Source: Camelus ferus
Taxonomy: Eukaryota
Assembly: GCF_009834535.1 (NCBI RefSeq)
Contig: NC_045707.1
Location: forward strand, 47,556,001-47,620,000
Direction of reading: 5' to 3'
Length of the DNA stretch: 64,000 nucleotides
The position numbers and the translations under genes were made by a program. Shown here piece by piece: positions 13,696-25,944 of the stretch; within the stretch, counting starts at the first letter, position 1, and every line of letters begins with the position of its first letter. The notes below the pieces were generated by a model. The model did no database searches. It was not told where the DNA came from and worked only from the letters and a program-made list of their open reading frames with translations.

Positions 13696-14233
13696 GTACG
13701 TCACCTTGTGACTTGTGATGTGAGGCAGGTTTTTAGTCTAGAATTTACCTCTTAATGAAAAGCATATTTTCAACCTTTAACAAAAATCTGATATACTTAT
13801 GGCTACTGTGTAGCAGTATTGTAGGTGTCATGGGTAATTAAATATAAGATTAAAAGAACTTACCAGAGATCCCAGGGATTAGAGTGCCATGTCATTCATG
13901 ACCTGTCACTATTGGGAGAAGTCAAGAACAAAGAATGAGTCACTATGTGTTAAAGTGATGTGAATATATGCTCAAGAGTCCCAAGGAAGAATGAAAGGGA
14001 AATTACCAAAGGTTAGAAATTACCAGTGCCTCTGGGGAGTAAAATTTGCTTTACTTTGCTTAATTTTTTGTCATTTAGACTTAAGAATGTAGCATCTTTT
14101 GATAACAGAACTTGACCAAAAAATTTCTGATTTTTACAATGTTATCCATTTAAAAACTTAGGCACAGAATTAGAAATGATCATTCTTTACAACATTGACT
14201 ACTGTAACAATATTGTAACTTTTTTTTTAATAG

Positions 14234-14332
14234 ATCAAACATACACAAGCTTTGAATAGAAAGTGGGCTGAAGACAATGAAGTACAAAACTGTATGGCCT
14301 GTGGGAAAGGCTTTTCAGTAACAGTGAGACGG
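14234..14332 (+). CDS. EEA1: EEA1 penultimate exon, FYVE N-half IKHTQALNRKWAEDNEVQNCMACGKGFSVTVRR
   Basis: taatag| acceptor and |gtaaat donor; 99 nt; carries the WxxD motif and the first CxxC. Confidence 0.97.
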
Positions 14333-15129
14333 GTAAATGACTTTGTTATATTACTGTGTTTCTGGATTTTATTCCTCAGTGACAATATTTTAACCATCAA
14401 AATTGTCCTGACAGACTTTAAAAGTTTTGCCGTTTATTGATTAATTTACAACTACATAGAATGATTAAATTTCATGCAGTCTAGTTTCTGGTTAGCAGAT
14501 GTGTTTCAATTTTAGTTTTAAATTCAGTTGTTGGCTTCCTACTGAGTTACTCTCTAGAATACTTATTTTCTGAATCATCATTAAACTCGTATGTTTTAGT
14601 CATCATTGGGTTCTTTTAAAGGAAGTAAAAGCAGAAATTAAAAAATTTAAATAATACCATCATGTGATGTTTCAAGTTTATATTCCTTTTGAAGAAATTA
14701 TGCCTGAAACATCTGACAAATAGGAGTAGTTTTTCACCTGATAGAAATGCTTTATTAAACACTTTTAGGCCTCTTGCCTTCTGAGACGACCTACAATGTG
14801 TCTATGGAGTGTGTATCTCCCTGAATAAATCTGCCTCCACTTTAAAACAAAACAAAAACTTTAAAAATGCCTCCTAAGGTTCTTTTTAGAATCTCAAGAT
14901 AAATTCCATAATAAATGTTTAGCATGGTATCTAAATACAAAGCATTCAAATTAACCAAGGGATTCAATTGACATACTGAAACTTTGTTATTATTAAGTAA
15001 TATAAATAATACACTAATCACTTAGAAGTTAATATACTTTCACAGTGCAATTTTCAGTATTCTTATAGTCTCATAATACTTTTGGTATAGTTTTTATGCT
15101 TGAAATTGTTGAATTTTTGTCATTTACAG

Positions 15130-15252
15130 CATCACTGCAGACAATGTGGAAATATCTTCTGTGCTGAGTGTTCAGCCAAAAATGCCTTAACTCCTTCTTC
15201 CAAGAAGCCTGTTCGTGTCTGTGATGCATGTTTCAATGACTTGCAAGGATAA
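15130..15252 (+). CDS. EEA1: EEA1 last coding exon, FYVE C-half HHCRQCGNIFCAECS...RVCDACFNDLQG*
   Basis: ttacag| acceptor. Completes RRHHCR, RVC and the eight Zn-binding Cys; TAA at 15250-15252. Confidence 0.97.
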   Translation, partial: HHCRQCGNIFCAECSAKNALTPSSKKPVRVCDACFNDLQG

Positions 15253-18200
15253 TGGATTATCACAACTTCAGAGTAATATTACACTAACATTAGATTTTTA
15301 ATAAATGCACTTAATAGAAGTCTTGGACTACTACTATTTGATTTGGACAGTGGTTGCAATACAAAACCAAATTAGAATTCGTATATTTTGGGATGTTATC
15401 AAGTAAAACTCTTCTATTTTTGTGAGACTTGGGCTCATCTTTCATTACTTTTTCCCATTTAACCTTGGAACAACTTTCATGCCAAATTAAGAATTAGTCA
15501 ATGAAATGTAAATAAACTTTGAATGGAAAATAGCAATGTATTTTTTTAAATATAATTTCATTGTTCACAAATGACATGAATACTCTTCCATAGCTTACTT
15601 CGTCTTTCTCCCAAATTTGGTGTACAGAAATGTACATGGATGTTACCATATCTAACACATTAATTAAATACTCACTTTGTGAAGTCACACAGAGAACTAT
15701 AAACTTTATTTTTTCTTATATATAGGTCCATAGCTCAGTTGCATTGTTATGATAAAAATTTACTAAAATGTTCTAAATACAGAGTATGCTAAAATATGTA
15801 TTAACCATTAATTCAAACATGGTTTTTAACAATATTGATTAAATTCTCTTGGTTGTGTAGATCAGGGTTAATATTTTTCTTTTTATCTTTTTCTATCTCA
15901 TTTTTAAACTACCACAGTCTTAAGAATCCTACAAAATTCCTCACCCTCCCCCCAAATTGGAAGGTAAATAACAGAAAATGTATAATGATTCTATTTTGTT
16001 TCTTCTAAGTGGGAAGTTTTCTGACTTAAACCCTCGTTTTGTCTCGCCAGCATCTTCAGGAATCTGAATTTGCTTTTTTAATGGATCTGCTTTTTTTCAA
16101 GGTAATTTGGTTCAACATTCCCAAGCATAGCTCAGCTTCATTGTAACTGTTTTGTAATTTTGCATCTTAAAGCTAGTAACTGATATTGCTACAGTCATAT
16201 CTGTGAAAACAAATACTAAATGGTAAGGAGACATTAAGTATTCTGCTTGACTTAACTAATAAAGAATTTTTTAACGTTGTGAACTTGTTTTAAATTTTAA
16301 AAGGTTCTGAGTTTGGGGTTCCATATCAACTGTAAATATTTTACTTTGCAAAAATAACGCTATGAAATTATCTTGAAATAACAGTTGGGTAACAGAGTAT
16401 TGCCAAAACCAAACGTATTTGGGAACCCCAAAATTATAATCAGAACTGAAACAGAATGGCTAATTGAAAGTAATTAAAAATTAGCTTATTTGTATGCTGA
16501 ACAATGGAATTGAACTTTATCATAGTCTTATTAATTTGGAAAATTTGAAAACTTGTGAAAAGTCATTAATATTGATTCATTACTGTCTCTAGAGAAGAAT
16601 GTAAAGTTATATTTTGTTCAGTGCTATCATTTGGTAATAGTAGGGAAGGCTGGAAGCTTATGTTTCATTTACAGTTAACAGTTTATAATATACACTTGCT
16701 TTCAACTATCATGCTGAAATGATTCTATTTTCTACCTATTACATACATACATAAACTAAAAGATTGCCATATATTCATTTAATTATTAAAAAAAAACCCA
16801 TTTAAGTAAAACTCTGTTGTCAGTAGCTACTAAGGACCCTGATTGAGTCCCTGGACTTGGATAAATATATATTCTTGAACATACAGAATGAAGAAATACA
16901 ATGGCTCTTTATTAAAAATAATAGTTCGATAATAGAAATTGAGCTAAAATTATGCATTTTCATATACTTATAAATTCTTTCAAATAGTCTTAATTCTACA
17001 CTTTTATATATAAGTAACTTAAGTATGTTGGAAAAACATTCACAGCACCACTGATTATTATTTTTTTTAAGATAATGAAACTTCATGAGAATTCTTCGGG
17101 ATTAGAATATTGTTCAGTTCATCTCCTGTCTTGTCCCTCCTGCCCCACATATTCACACAAAAAATTGTGGGGACAACAAATAAAACCATGTTTGAGTAAT
17201 TTTCTACTTTTCAACTAGCTAATCTCATTTCATAGGTCCTAAATGATTAGGCTACTATACTAATTAAAAATGACACCTAATATTTTCCTGTTAATCTCAC
17301 CAACTTAAGGTGTTTGGGAAACAAAAATTAAAGTTTTTCTTTAAATGGTTCTGCATTTTAGATGTCTGCTGGTACTATTGTCAGTGATTTGGAGCTGGTA
17401 CATACATTCCAGCTCTCCTGGAAAGCATATTGGCATCTTATGTTAGTAAATTCTAAACCCCAGCACAGAAAACATGAGGTAAAAATCAAGTCTTGCTGGG
17501 CTAGCATACAGTAAACTACACATACAGATTGTTTTTTAATAGAAGACAAAGCTGCTGGTATAGGACTTATTTTGAAGAAAAAAGAGGGAAACAAAAACAC
17601 AAAAACCTCAATGCAGTGTATAATTTTGTTCAACTACCTCTTAATGTGGAATTAGCTAGTTTAATAGTTTCCTTACAGTAATGTTAAATAGTAACTCCCA
17701 AATTTGTTAGTTCCCCATCTCTCTTGAAAAGGCTTTATGATTATTTTATAGTTTTGGGAACTTTAGAGCCACTTTTTTTTTAAACCTGCATTTGCACAAA
17801 AATGTTTAGCTTTTAAGTGGAGAGCAAATTATGATTATATATTTTGATATTCATGACCTATTTGACTATAGCAGTTTTCTTTTTAATGCACTTTGGCTAT
17901 GAAACCATGGATGATTTGATCCATAAGATTTAAATGTGCCATCAATTTAGTATTCCTGGACATGAGCTTGATGAATGGTATTCTGTAATAATGTGCCACA
18001 CATTACACGTGTCTTAATTGCCCTTTGCCTGAATTTTAATGATCATTGTTATGTTATTGTTGCAGATGTGAATACTGTGCATAAACTTACTAAATCTATG
18101 TAAAATTGTATAAAATAGAATTGGAAATAGCCAAGTTCTGTGTAGAAGTAATGAATTTATTGTAACATGATGCAGTTGTGTATATGACATTCTGTACTTG

Positions 18201-18500
18201 AACTGGATCATATATTCATAGCTTCTGTAGATACTTTTGCATGAATATTTTGTTTAGTTTTTGGATTCATTTGTATTGTTTACTACGTGTGATCATGTAG
18301 TTGTGCCTTATTTGTGAGAGAGTTTAGCTCAGTAAATACTGTGGTTTCTAAACTCAGTGAGTGGAAGGTTATTGATTATAAATGTAACTGATAAATTACA
18401 TAAGATTTAAATCTGTACAAAGAACAATGGAAGGATCCTCATTGAATTGTTGCTTTTGTTTTTTTTTTAAATATGTTAAAGATATTAAAAATAATTTCTT
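15253..18500 (+). other. EEA1: EEA1 3' UTR (end approximate)
   Basis: AU-rich sequence with no recognisable repeats after the stop. AATAAA at 15511, 16258 and 17179; ATTAAA at 18484. Confidence 0.6.
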
Positions 18501-19014
18501 TCTAGTGGATGTATTCTGTGACTATAAATTATTTTGTCTATTTAAGAGTGAGAGTATCTTTACAGACTGTAAGAACTCTCCAACTGGATATAGGCAGTGG
18601 GAATGCTTTAATGTGCAACTTAGTAATTTCTCTTGAAATTATGAACTTCCTATTCTAATGCCATTTTGAATAAGACATTCCCTTTTCATTGTATTCATTA
18701 TTTTGGAGAATTAATGAAACTAGAAAGAAACATTAAACAACATTAAATTAATTCCTTCTTTCATTGTATATCTAAATTGAATACCCAAGTGATTGTTTAA
18801 AGATACTTTCTGAAAGCTCAATGTACTATTGCTTTTTACTGTTTTTTCCCCCTGGGAACCAAAGTTCTAGAAGTGTTCTTTCATTTTACTCTAAGGTGCT
18901 CCCCTCTGAAGAGAATAATGTGTAGATGCTCAGGCACTCAGTATATATGTTAGATAGATAGGTTCTTTTGTGAGCTTTATAGAATTCCACTTGAAATATA
19001 CAGCATATTTTAAA

Positions 19015-19460
19015 GTTTTTTTGTGGTAAGAACAGTTAACATGGTATCTACCCTCTTGACAACTCTTCTACGTGTGCAGTACAGCAGATCTCTACTACTT
19101 ATTTTGCTGAACAAACTTTGTGCCCACTGATTAGTAACTCCCCGTTTCCCACTCCCACCAGCCTCTGGCAACCGCTTTACACTCCGATTCTACGAATTTG
19201 AATATTTTAGAAACCTCATATAAGTGGAATCATGCAGTACATCTTTCTGTGACTATTTCCCTTTGCATAATGTCCTCAAGGTTCATATAAGTTGTTGCAT
19301 ATTACAGAATTTCTTTTCAAGGCTGAGTAGTATTCCATTATAAGTATATACCAGCTTTTCTTTATCCACTCATCTGTTGGTGAACATTAAAGTTTTTTTC
19401 CACCTTGGTTATTGTGAATAGTTCTGCAGTGAACATAGAAGTGCTGGTATTTCTTTGTAT
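19015..19460 (-). mobile_element. old L1M 3'-end fragment
   Basis: Reverse L1 3' UTR strings (CCTCATATAAGTGGAATCATGCAGTA, GGCTGAGTAGTATTCCATT). Confidence 0.75.
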
Positions 19461-21059
19461 ATAGCATATTCTTATGTTATTTTACATCTTAACTAATTAC
19501 ATTTACATGTTAATTTAGTCAGTCTTTTTCTCCCTTTAATGGGACTGAAGGGAGAAACTATTCTTTATATATATAAATATATGCTTACTGGACTCATGGG
19601 ACTAAAAGGAATATTGAGAGATGACCTAGACCTAGTCTACTGCCTTTTACCTAGGTTGCCTGATATCTAGAAATCCCTAACAATTGTCTTAATTGTTAAT
19701 TTTTTTCTAAATAAAAGTATATTATTTTTCATCTCTAAGAACTCAAAACTTCTTCTCTACTTTGCCTTTTTTCTTTTATTCATAGGCATTAACAGTAACA
19801 TTAGTTACTGCTCCCCTGATTTTCCTTCCACTTCACTTACTCCTAATAAATATCTGACATCATTATACAGTGACTGTGACCCTCCATTCTAATAGTGCTT
19901 GGCCCTTAAAGGGCTGTTATGATGAACTTGTGTGTAATGCTGGTCTACACGGGACATCTGCATTTTCCTCAGAGAATTAACTGTGCACATGACTTCCCCA
20001 AGCATCATCCTCTCAATCCCATTCTCCAGCTTGAGATCAGTTAAGGTATTATTTGTTTTGCAGCCCAAGTTGATACATTTACTAACTCCATTTTGGAGAT
20101 TATAGAAGGTGCCATGTCTGCACACTTGCATTTTAAATCCAAATTTATGGATTTCCATTTGATACAATCTGACTATAAGAACTAGTTCCTTAAATGCAGT
20201 TAATAGTATATTCTACCATGATAATATAATTCAAGCTGACTTCTTTGTAAGATCTCTAATGATGTTTCAAGTCCTACCAAAAAGACAAAGTGACTGCACT
20301 GTGCTAACACACACCCCCACTCAAAACCAGAAAGAAGCTTTATGACAAACTCCATCATTCTTCAAAAAATGAGATTTAGAGAAAGATATCTTATTTCTAT
20401 GAAAATGTCCCAAGTGTTAAATGGTGGAACTAGAAAAGATGTTTGCTTTTCCTTTTTTAAAATAATGGAATTTAGTCTTTGGGATTTTCTCCTTCCAAGT
20501 AAAGAGTATCATAAAACATACCTGAGATAAGTAAACTGCTAGACTAGGAATTTAAAAACTGCTACTAAGATGTAGATCTTATTATTCATTGCTTAATATG
20601 TTAAAAGAACAATCAAATTTTGTTATCAAAAGAGTCATCATTGTGTATGAGGTAGAACTATAAAGCAAGGCTGACTTACAAGCCCATGTAGGACAACTGG
20701 CTTCACTGCAGATAAACACAAAGACGCAAGAATTCGTATCAGACACAAGCCCTGGGGATTGTTTTCTCCTGCCACTGCATTTATCGGATCATTCACCCTT
20801 TACAAACTGTAATAGCACCATACTTTGCTCACACCTCTTGTGAGCCTGACTGAAGCATTATAAGGTAGTCTGGATATCAAATTTGTTGTAGTCATTATTC
20901 CACTATCCTGAGGAATTTCCTAGCTCAAATTCTCAAATTCTAGAACTTCTTTAAAATGCACATTTTCTTCTAGCTCATCAACAGGTAAGTGGTACAAGTT
21001 TGAATGAAAGAATACCTTAATCCTTAATGTCTTAAAAGATGTGCCACTTGTTTCGGTCC

Positions 21060-21167
21060 TTAAATTTCCGAGGATTCGGCAGGCAATGTAGTTAAGGCTT
21101 TTTTCTTGGTTTCCTGACTCTTGGGGAAGCAAGAGATTGCTGCTGTGATTTGTGCCATCCATGTTTT
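21060..21167 (-). pseudogene. PLEKHG7: PLEKHG7 last exon KTWMAQITAAISCFPKSQETKKKALTTLPAESSEI*
   Basis: taacag| acceptor; 108 nt ending in TAA; carries the PH C-terminal helix Trp. Intact in isolation. Confidence 0.92.
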
Positions 21168-22184
21168 CTGTTAAAAATAAAATGTACATAGTGAATGCTA
21201 AGCTGACAATTTCTCACATATTTGGATTAATATTTTCCTTTGTATTTGTTGACTTGCTCTTTAAAACTGAAGACTTGTGAAACATTTGCCTATGTTTCCC
21301 TTTTCTTTCTTAAGTCTAATTCATCATAAATAATCTCTAATCACATTTGAAAGTGCAAACGGATTAGATGACTATAGTATGCAAGTTGGATAAACAGTTG
21401 TGAGTAATCAAGGAACTGTAATAGTCAACGATGACTAATTAGAAAGACGAGTACTGAGAATGTAAGCAGTTTGAAAACTGAATTTCTTGAATTTTCACTT
21501 TGTGTGGAAACAGAAGTTCTTAACCAATGGCATAACTTGTAAAACAGACAGAGAGGAAACTTAAGTCCTTGAAAATAATGCAGTCTTGCATTAACTGCAA
21601 GTCTGGCCACATTGCTGCCCTGATGAAAGCCTACGGGGGAAAGACGAAAAAGGAACTTCTAAGATACAGAAACCAGAGTCAGACAGGCAGCTGCTCTTAA
21701 GCCCCACAGCTGTAAAATCAGTGGCATATTTTCAAAGGATGAAGAGACTTCACACAATTCATTACTGCAGAAGCCCTTCACTTAAGCCGACATCATATTG
21801 TTTGTATACTGGGGCTTTGGCAATTGACCAGAGCATCTTAAAAGTCAACCATGCAATCCAAAGCAATTCTTCCCCCGTTTCCTCCAGACCCTGCAGATCT
21901 TAGAGCAGCTCTGGAGCTTCTGCCGCAGGAGAAAATGAGGGAGGCTGTGTCAGCGCTGGGGATGTGAGTAAATGGTCAGTTCTGAGGTTTCTGAGCCTGA
22001 TATGGACTAGGTGTCCAGATCCTTCCCCTCTTCCCAATTTCTGCCCTTCCCAAAGTACGTGGGGGAAATATACAAAATTGTCCACTCACTGTTCCTTACG
22101 GAGCTTGGGGTGAGATTTTTCTTCATTTGAAGCCTGAAGAATCAAAGTCTGAAGTATCAAAACCTACAAAATTGAAATACGTAC

Positions 22185-22280
22185 TTTGATGTTTTCCGTT
22201 TGGGCTTGTAATAAGAATGCTGCTACACACTGTTGATAACTTTTCATGTTGTATGAGGAAAGCATTTCTCAGCCTGTAGA
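22185..22280 (-). pseudogene. PLEKHG7: PLEKHG7 exon (V)YRLRNAFLIQHE/fs/YQQCVAAFLLQAQTENIK
   Basis: ttctag| acceptor and |gtacgt donor. The exon is 96 nt, whereas phase 1 to phase 0 needs 3n+2, so there is a frameshift at ~22239-22242. Confidence 0.9.
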
Positions 22281-23739
22281 CTAGAAAAAGATTAAAGACA
22301 AAAAGCCAAATCACTTAATATGAAATCCAGTTTTTCAGTACAGTAACGTGGATTTTTGTTTATTAATGTGTGGGAAGTTTGTGTCAATTAAAAAGAAACC
22401 TGATTCCAATACCAAGACTTCACTGTTATGTCCAAATAGAGCCCACTTAAATATGAAAACCCTTTCTTTCTTACCTAACGACTCCTGGAGCTTGATGAAA
22501 TGCGATTATGGTTTAGGTGATGGAAAATGGGTTCCTCCTCAAAGCAGCAGCTTAGCATATGAGGTAGCTTTTATGTATGTAAAATATAAGTGACACAAAT
22601 ATGAAAATGCAATTATTGTTTCCTTTTTTGACCTTCACCACTCCTTTTTTAAATGTTTTACTTTCGTACTTAAAGAGAAGTCACATCAAAACAAGGGTTA
22701 TAAACAAATTAAGATATGGCAAAAATACAAAACCACCTGAATGCTTCACAGCAGTCCAAGAAAAGCCAAAAAAAAAAAAAAGAGGACACAAATGAAATCC
22801 AACATCCACCAAATTATGTGAAATGTAAAACAAAACAAAAAGAAATGTTGGCATGGTTTCTGTGTCTGAAAAGAAATGGCCTATTCTGTCATTTCCTTAT
22901 TGGTCTGTTATTAAAGAAATGACAGGAGACACTGGAAGAGCAGATTTTCTTTTTTGTATGTAGCCGGAACTCTTGAAAGCTTCTTCCTTGAATTATTAAT
23001 ACAATACAGGGCATAAAATTCTGCAGCCCATACATTCTTTCTACAGTCAATTTATGTTTAGGAACAAACACACACACCAAACCAGAGCTGGGGCCAGGTC
23101 ACTCCAAGCACTTCAGAGACGAGGAGGAGAGCGCTGACGCTTCCTGGAGGATCAGTAGGCTGATGCCTGTCCGTGGCCGTCACTTTCTATTCCGTGACAT
23201 TTCGGGGATTTAAGTCAGACTCACTGAGGCTAGCTGGGCCTCATTTCAGAATCGTAAGCAAATGTGGAGACTTTTATTTTCTTACCTGCAAGAACTCAGT
23301 ATCACAAATTGTAAGCTAAACCCCATAATTCCTAAGTTCTACCACAACAAAGGCTGTCAAGGTTATGAAATTCTGTCCAGCTTCTCTGAGGTGAGGACTT
23401 AAACCTATTAAAATGACTTTCTGGCTGTGTTTTGTTTTGCTCCCTGATTTTTCTCCTTATAAATTCCTTGTAGCAAATGAGGCTTTAAATCAGGCTACTG
23501 TTCTTGGCTGGATTTCGGAATCCATTTGTCCCCAAACTGTAATTATAATTCTCAGTTATTTAAGATATCCCTCATCTGCTTGGTTTGTAATATGGCTGCT
23601 AAAGATTTTATAAGCCAAAGGACCTGGTCCAGCTAGGCTTGTAAAACAAAGTAAGGAGATAATACATGGTCAGGAATAGCTCTTTTCTCCCCCTGATGTT
23701 CTACTATAATAATTAACAACTGATATAATAGTTGACATC

Positions 23740-23945
23740 ATTTATTAAGCACTTACTATGTACTGGGCACAGTGCTATGTATTTTTTTCCCGTTTTGTGT
23801 CATTTAAACCAAACAGCAACTGTATAACATATGCCAACCAATTCCCACTTACAGTTGAAGACACAGATTTAGATGAATTTTTCCAAGGTCACATAGCTTG
23901 TGAATGATACAGCCAGGATTTGGAACTAGGTCTCTGTCACTGCAA
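23740..23945. mobile_element. MIR SINE
   Basis: MIR core strings (ATTTATTAAGCACTTACTATGT, CCAAGGTCACATAGCT, CAGCCAGGATTTGGAACTAGG). Confidence 0.7.
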
Positions 23946-25792
23946 TGCGCACTCTCTTCTTTTTTCAGACTTGACTCTGTCACTCTACAGCTATTCTGCC
24001 TCATGCACTGTATCTGAATGGTTAACCAGAAAAATGAGGAAAATATTAAAAAACAGAAATGAATGGCAGTGACAAATAAAAAAAATAACAAAAATGGTGT
24101 AAGTATGATTTTAAAAAAGACTTGATTTTATTAAAAAGAGAAAAGGAAAATAGAATAGAGAAAAACTTGCATCTCCTAAGGGAATCCAGTGCTGTCAGAG
24201 TTCCCACAAAGCCCAGTTCTGAAAGCCGGCAGGGCTGGGTCTGACCTTTGCCCACGCTGCTTCCACTCTTCCGCATGGGAATCTGACACCTTCCTCCTCA
24301 TGGCCATTGATCATGCCAGAATCTTTTAACTATGGCCATGGTAGTAATAGGATAAATTCCTGGTCCAGGATGCCCTCCGCCATGACATCTTTCCCCATGG
24401 GGAAGTAAACTCTGTAACAAAGTGATGTCTGGGTCTCACATACCGAGTCTCTGGGTCCACTGGGCAGGGAGGAGGCGCACACTAAGGGTGGGGGTGGCAG
24501 TCACAGGCGAAGGTCGTGCTCCTGAGATGCCCCTTTCTGGGTGTGCTCAGGAAAGCGCTCTGGTTCATGCGCTTTGGCCTGTGACAGGTGGTGACGGTTC
24601 ACAGCTGTATCTGATCTAAGAGGCCTTAAGGCCTGCCCAGTCGCTTTCCAGCAAATCTCAGAAGTAGAAAGAATAAAGGAGGCAGGAGGCTCTAGTTCTG
24701 GATGCAGCTTTCCCCTCACTGGAGCCCTGCTGCCCTTGGGGAGAGAGTTTGTATCCATTCATGAGTTAAATATTTAAATACATAAATTAGTTTACATACA
24801 TTCATTTGTGTAGTCGTTCATTTCTTCACTGTGTGATGTTGCTCTGCTATGTACAGGTCTGTCTTCTGCTAATGACTGATGCTCTGGGCTTGGCTGCTGG
24901 GGTGGGAAGTGAGGGGACCGGGTAGTGCTCCCTCTTTTCCTGCTCCTCCCTTGGGACAGAAAGGCACTCTCCTCCTGCCTGGCTTCAACTGGTCTCCTAG
25001 GAGCCCGCCCCCAAGGCAGAACGAAGGCTGCTTCCTCCTGAACACTGCTGCCAGCCACCCAGCACTGCTTCAAGTCCCTCCAAGTCCCAGGGCTTTCCTG
25101 ACAGGATTTTCTGATCTTTCATTGTTCTGAGAGCTTTTCAAGAACAAGGGCTATTTCTTATTCATCTTTATAACTATAACTCCAAGGTGCTCACAGAGTG
25201 TCTGGTTTTCAGGAGACACTCAGGAAACGTTTTAAAGGTGAATAAACATAATATATATGTCTAACGTATACATATGATGTATATGTATGCATATATAAGT
25301 ATATATATTTATTTATTTCTGGCATTTTCCTAATTGCAGTAAAGTACGTTAGGCTTGCATAGCATGCCATAGTTCAGCAGTGCTTTAACAACAGCAATAG
25401 TACTACAAATGGTTACCAGAATAACAATCCTAACAATAGCTATCATTCATTGAGTGCTTTACGTGATTATGCCATTTAATTCTCATGAAAACCCACTAAG
25501 GCAGATTAGTGTTTTACCAAGATGAATCAACCCGTGGCTTAGAAAATTTAAGTACCTTGCACACAGGGTCACATGGCTAGTAAATGACAGAGCTGGGACA
25601 TCCAACACTGGAAAGCAAGTCCAATACTCTTTCTGTAACTAACCTGTAGAGTGAGTGATAAACAGCTACACAGGATCCCAGTATTGTCTTTTATGAAGAT
25701 TTAAATTGTATTCACTTCCTATTACCAAAAAGGCCAATGTAAAACTCTGGGATGGCAAGTAGATGAACTGAAGGATGAAAACAGACACACAC

Positions 25793-25944
25793 CTGATATA
25801 TGGAGTGGACCGAGGTTTCTGAGGACCCATCTATCTAGCAGAATGGGCTGACTGAGTACCGTGCACAAACCACCCTCTTTTATTACTGTCTGCAGCTCAG
25901 GAGTAAGTGAAAGATACATCAAACCAGGGTCTGAGTCCAAGTTT
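25793..25944 (-). pseudogene. PLEKHG7: PLEKHG7 exon KLG/fs/SDPGLMYLSLTPELQTVIKEGGLCTVLSQPILLDRWVLRNLGPLHIS
   Basis: ttccag| acceptor and |gtgtgt donor; 152 nt, with a 2-nt deletion near 25936. Confidence 0.9.
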
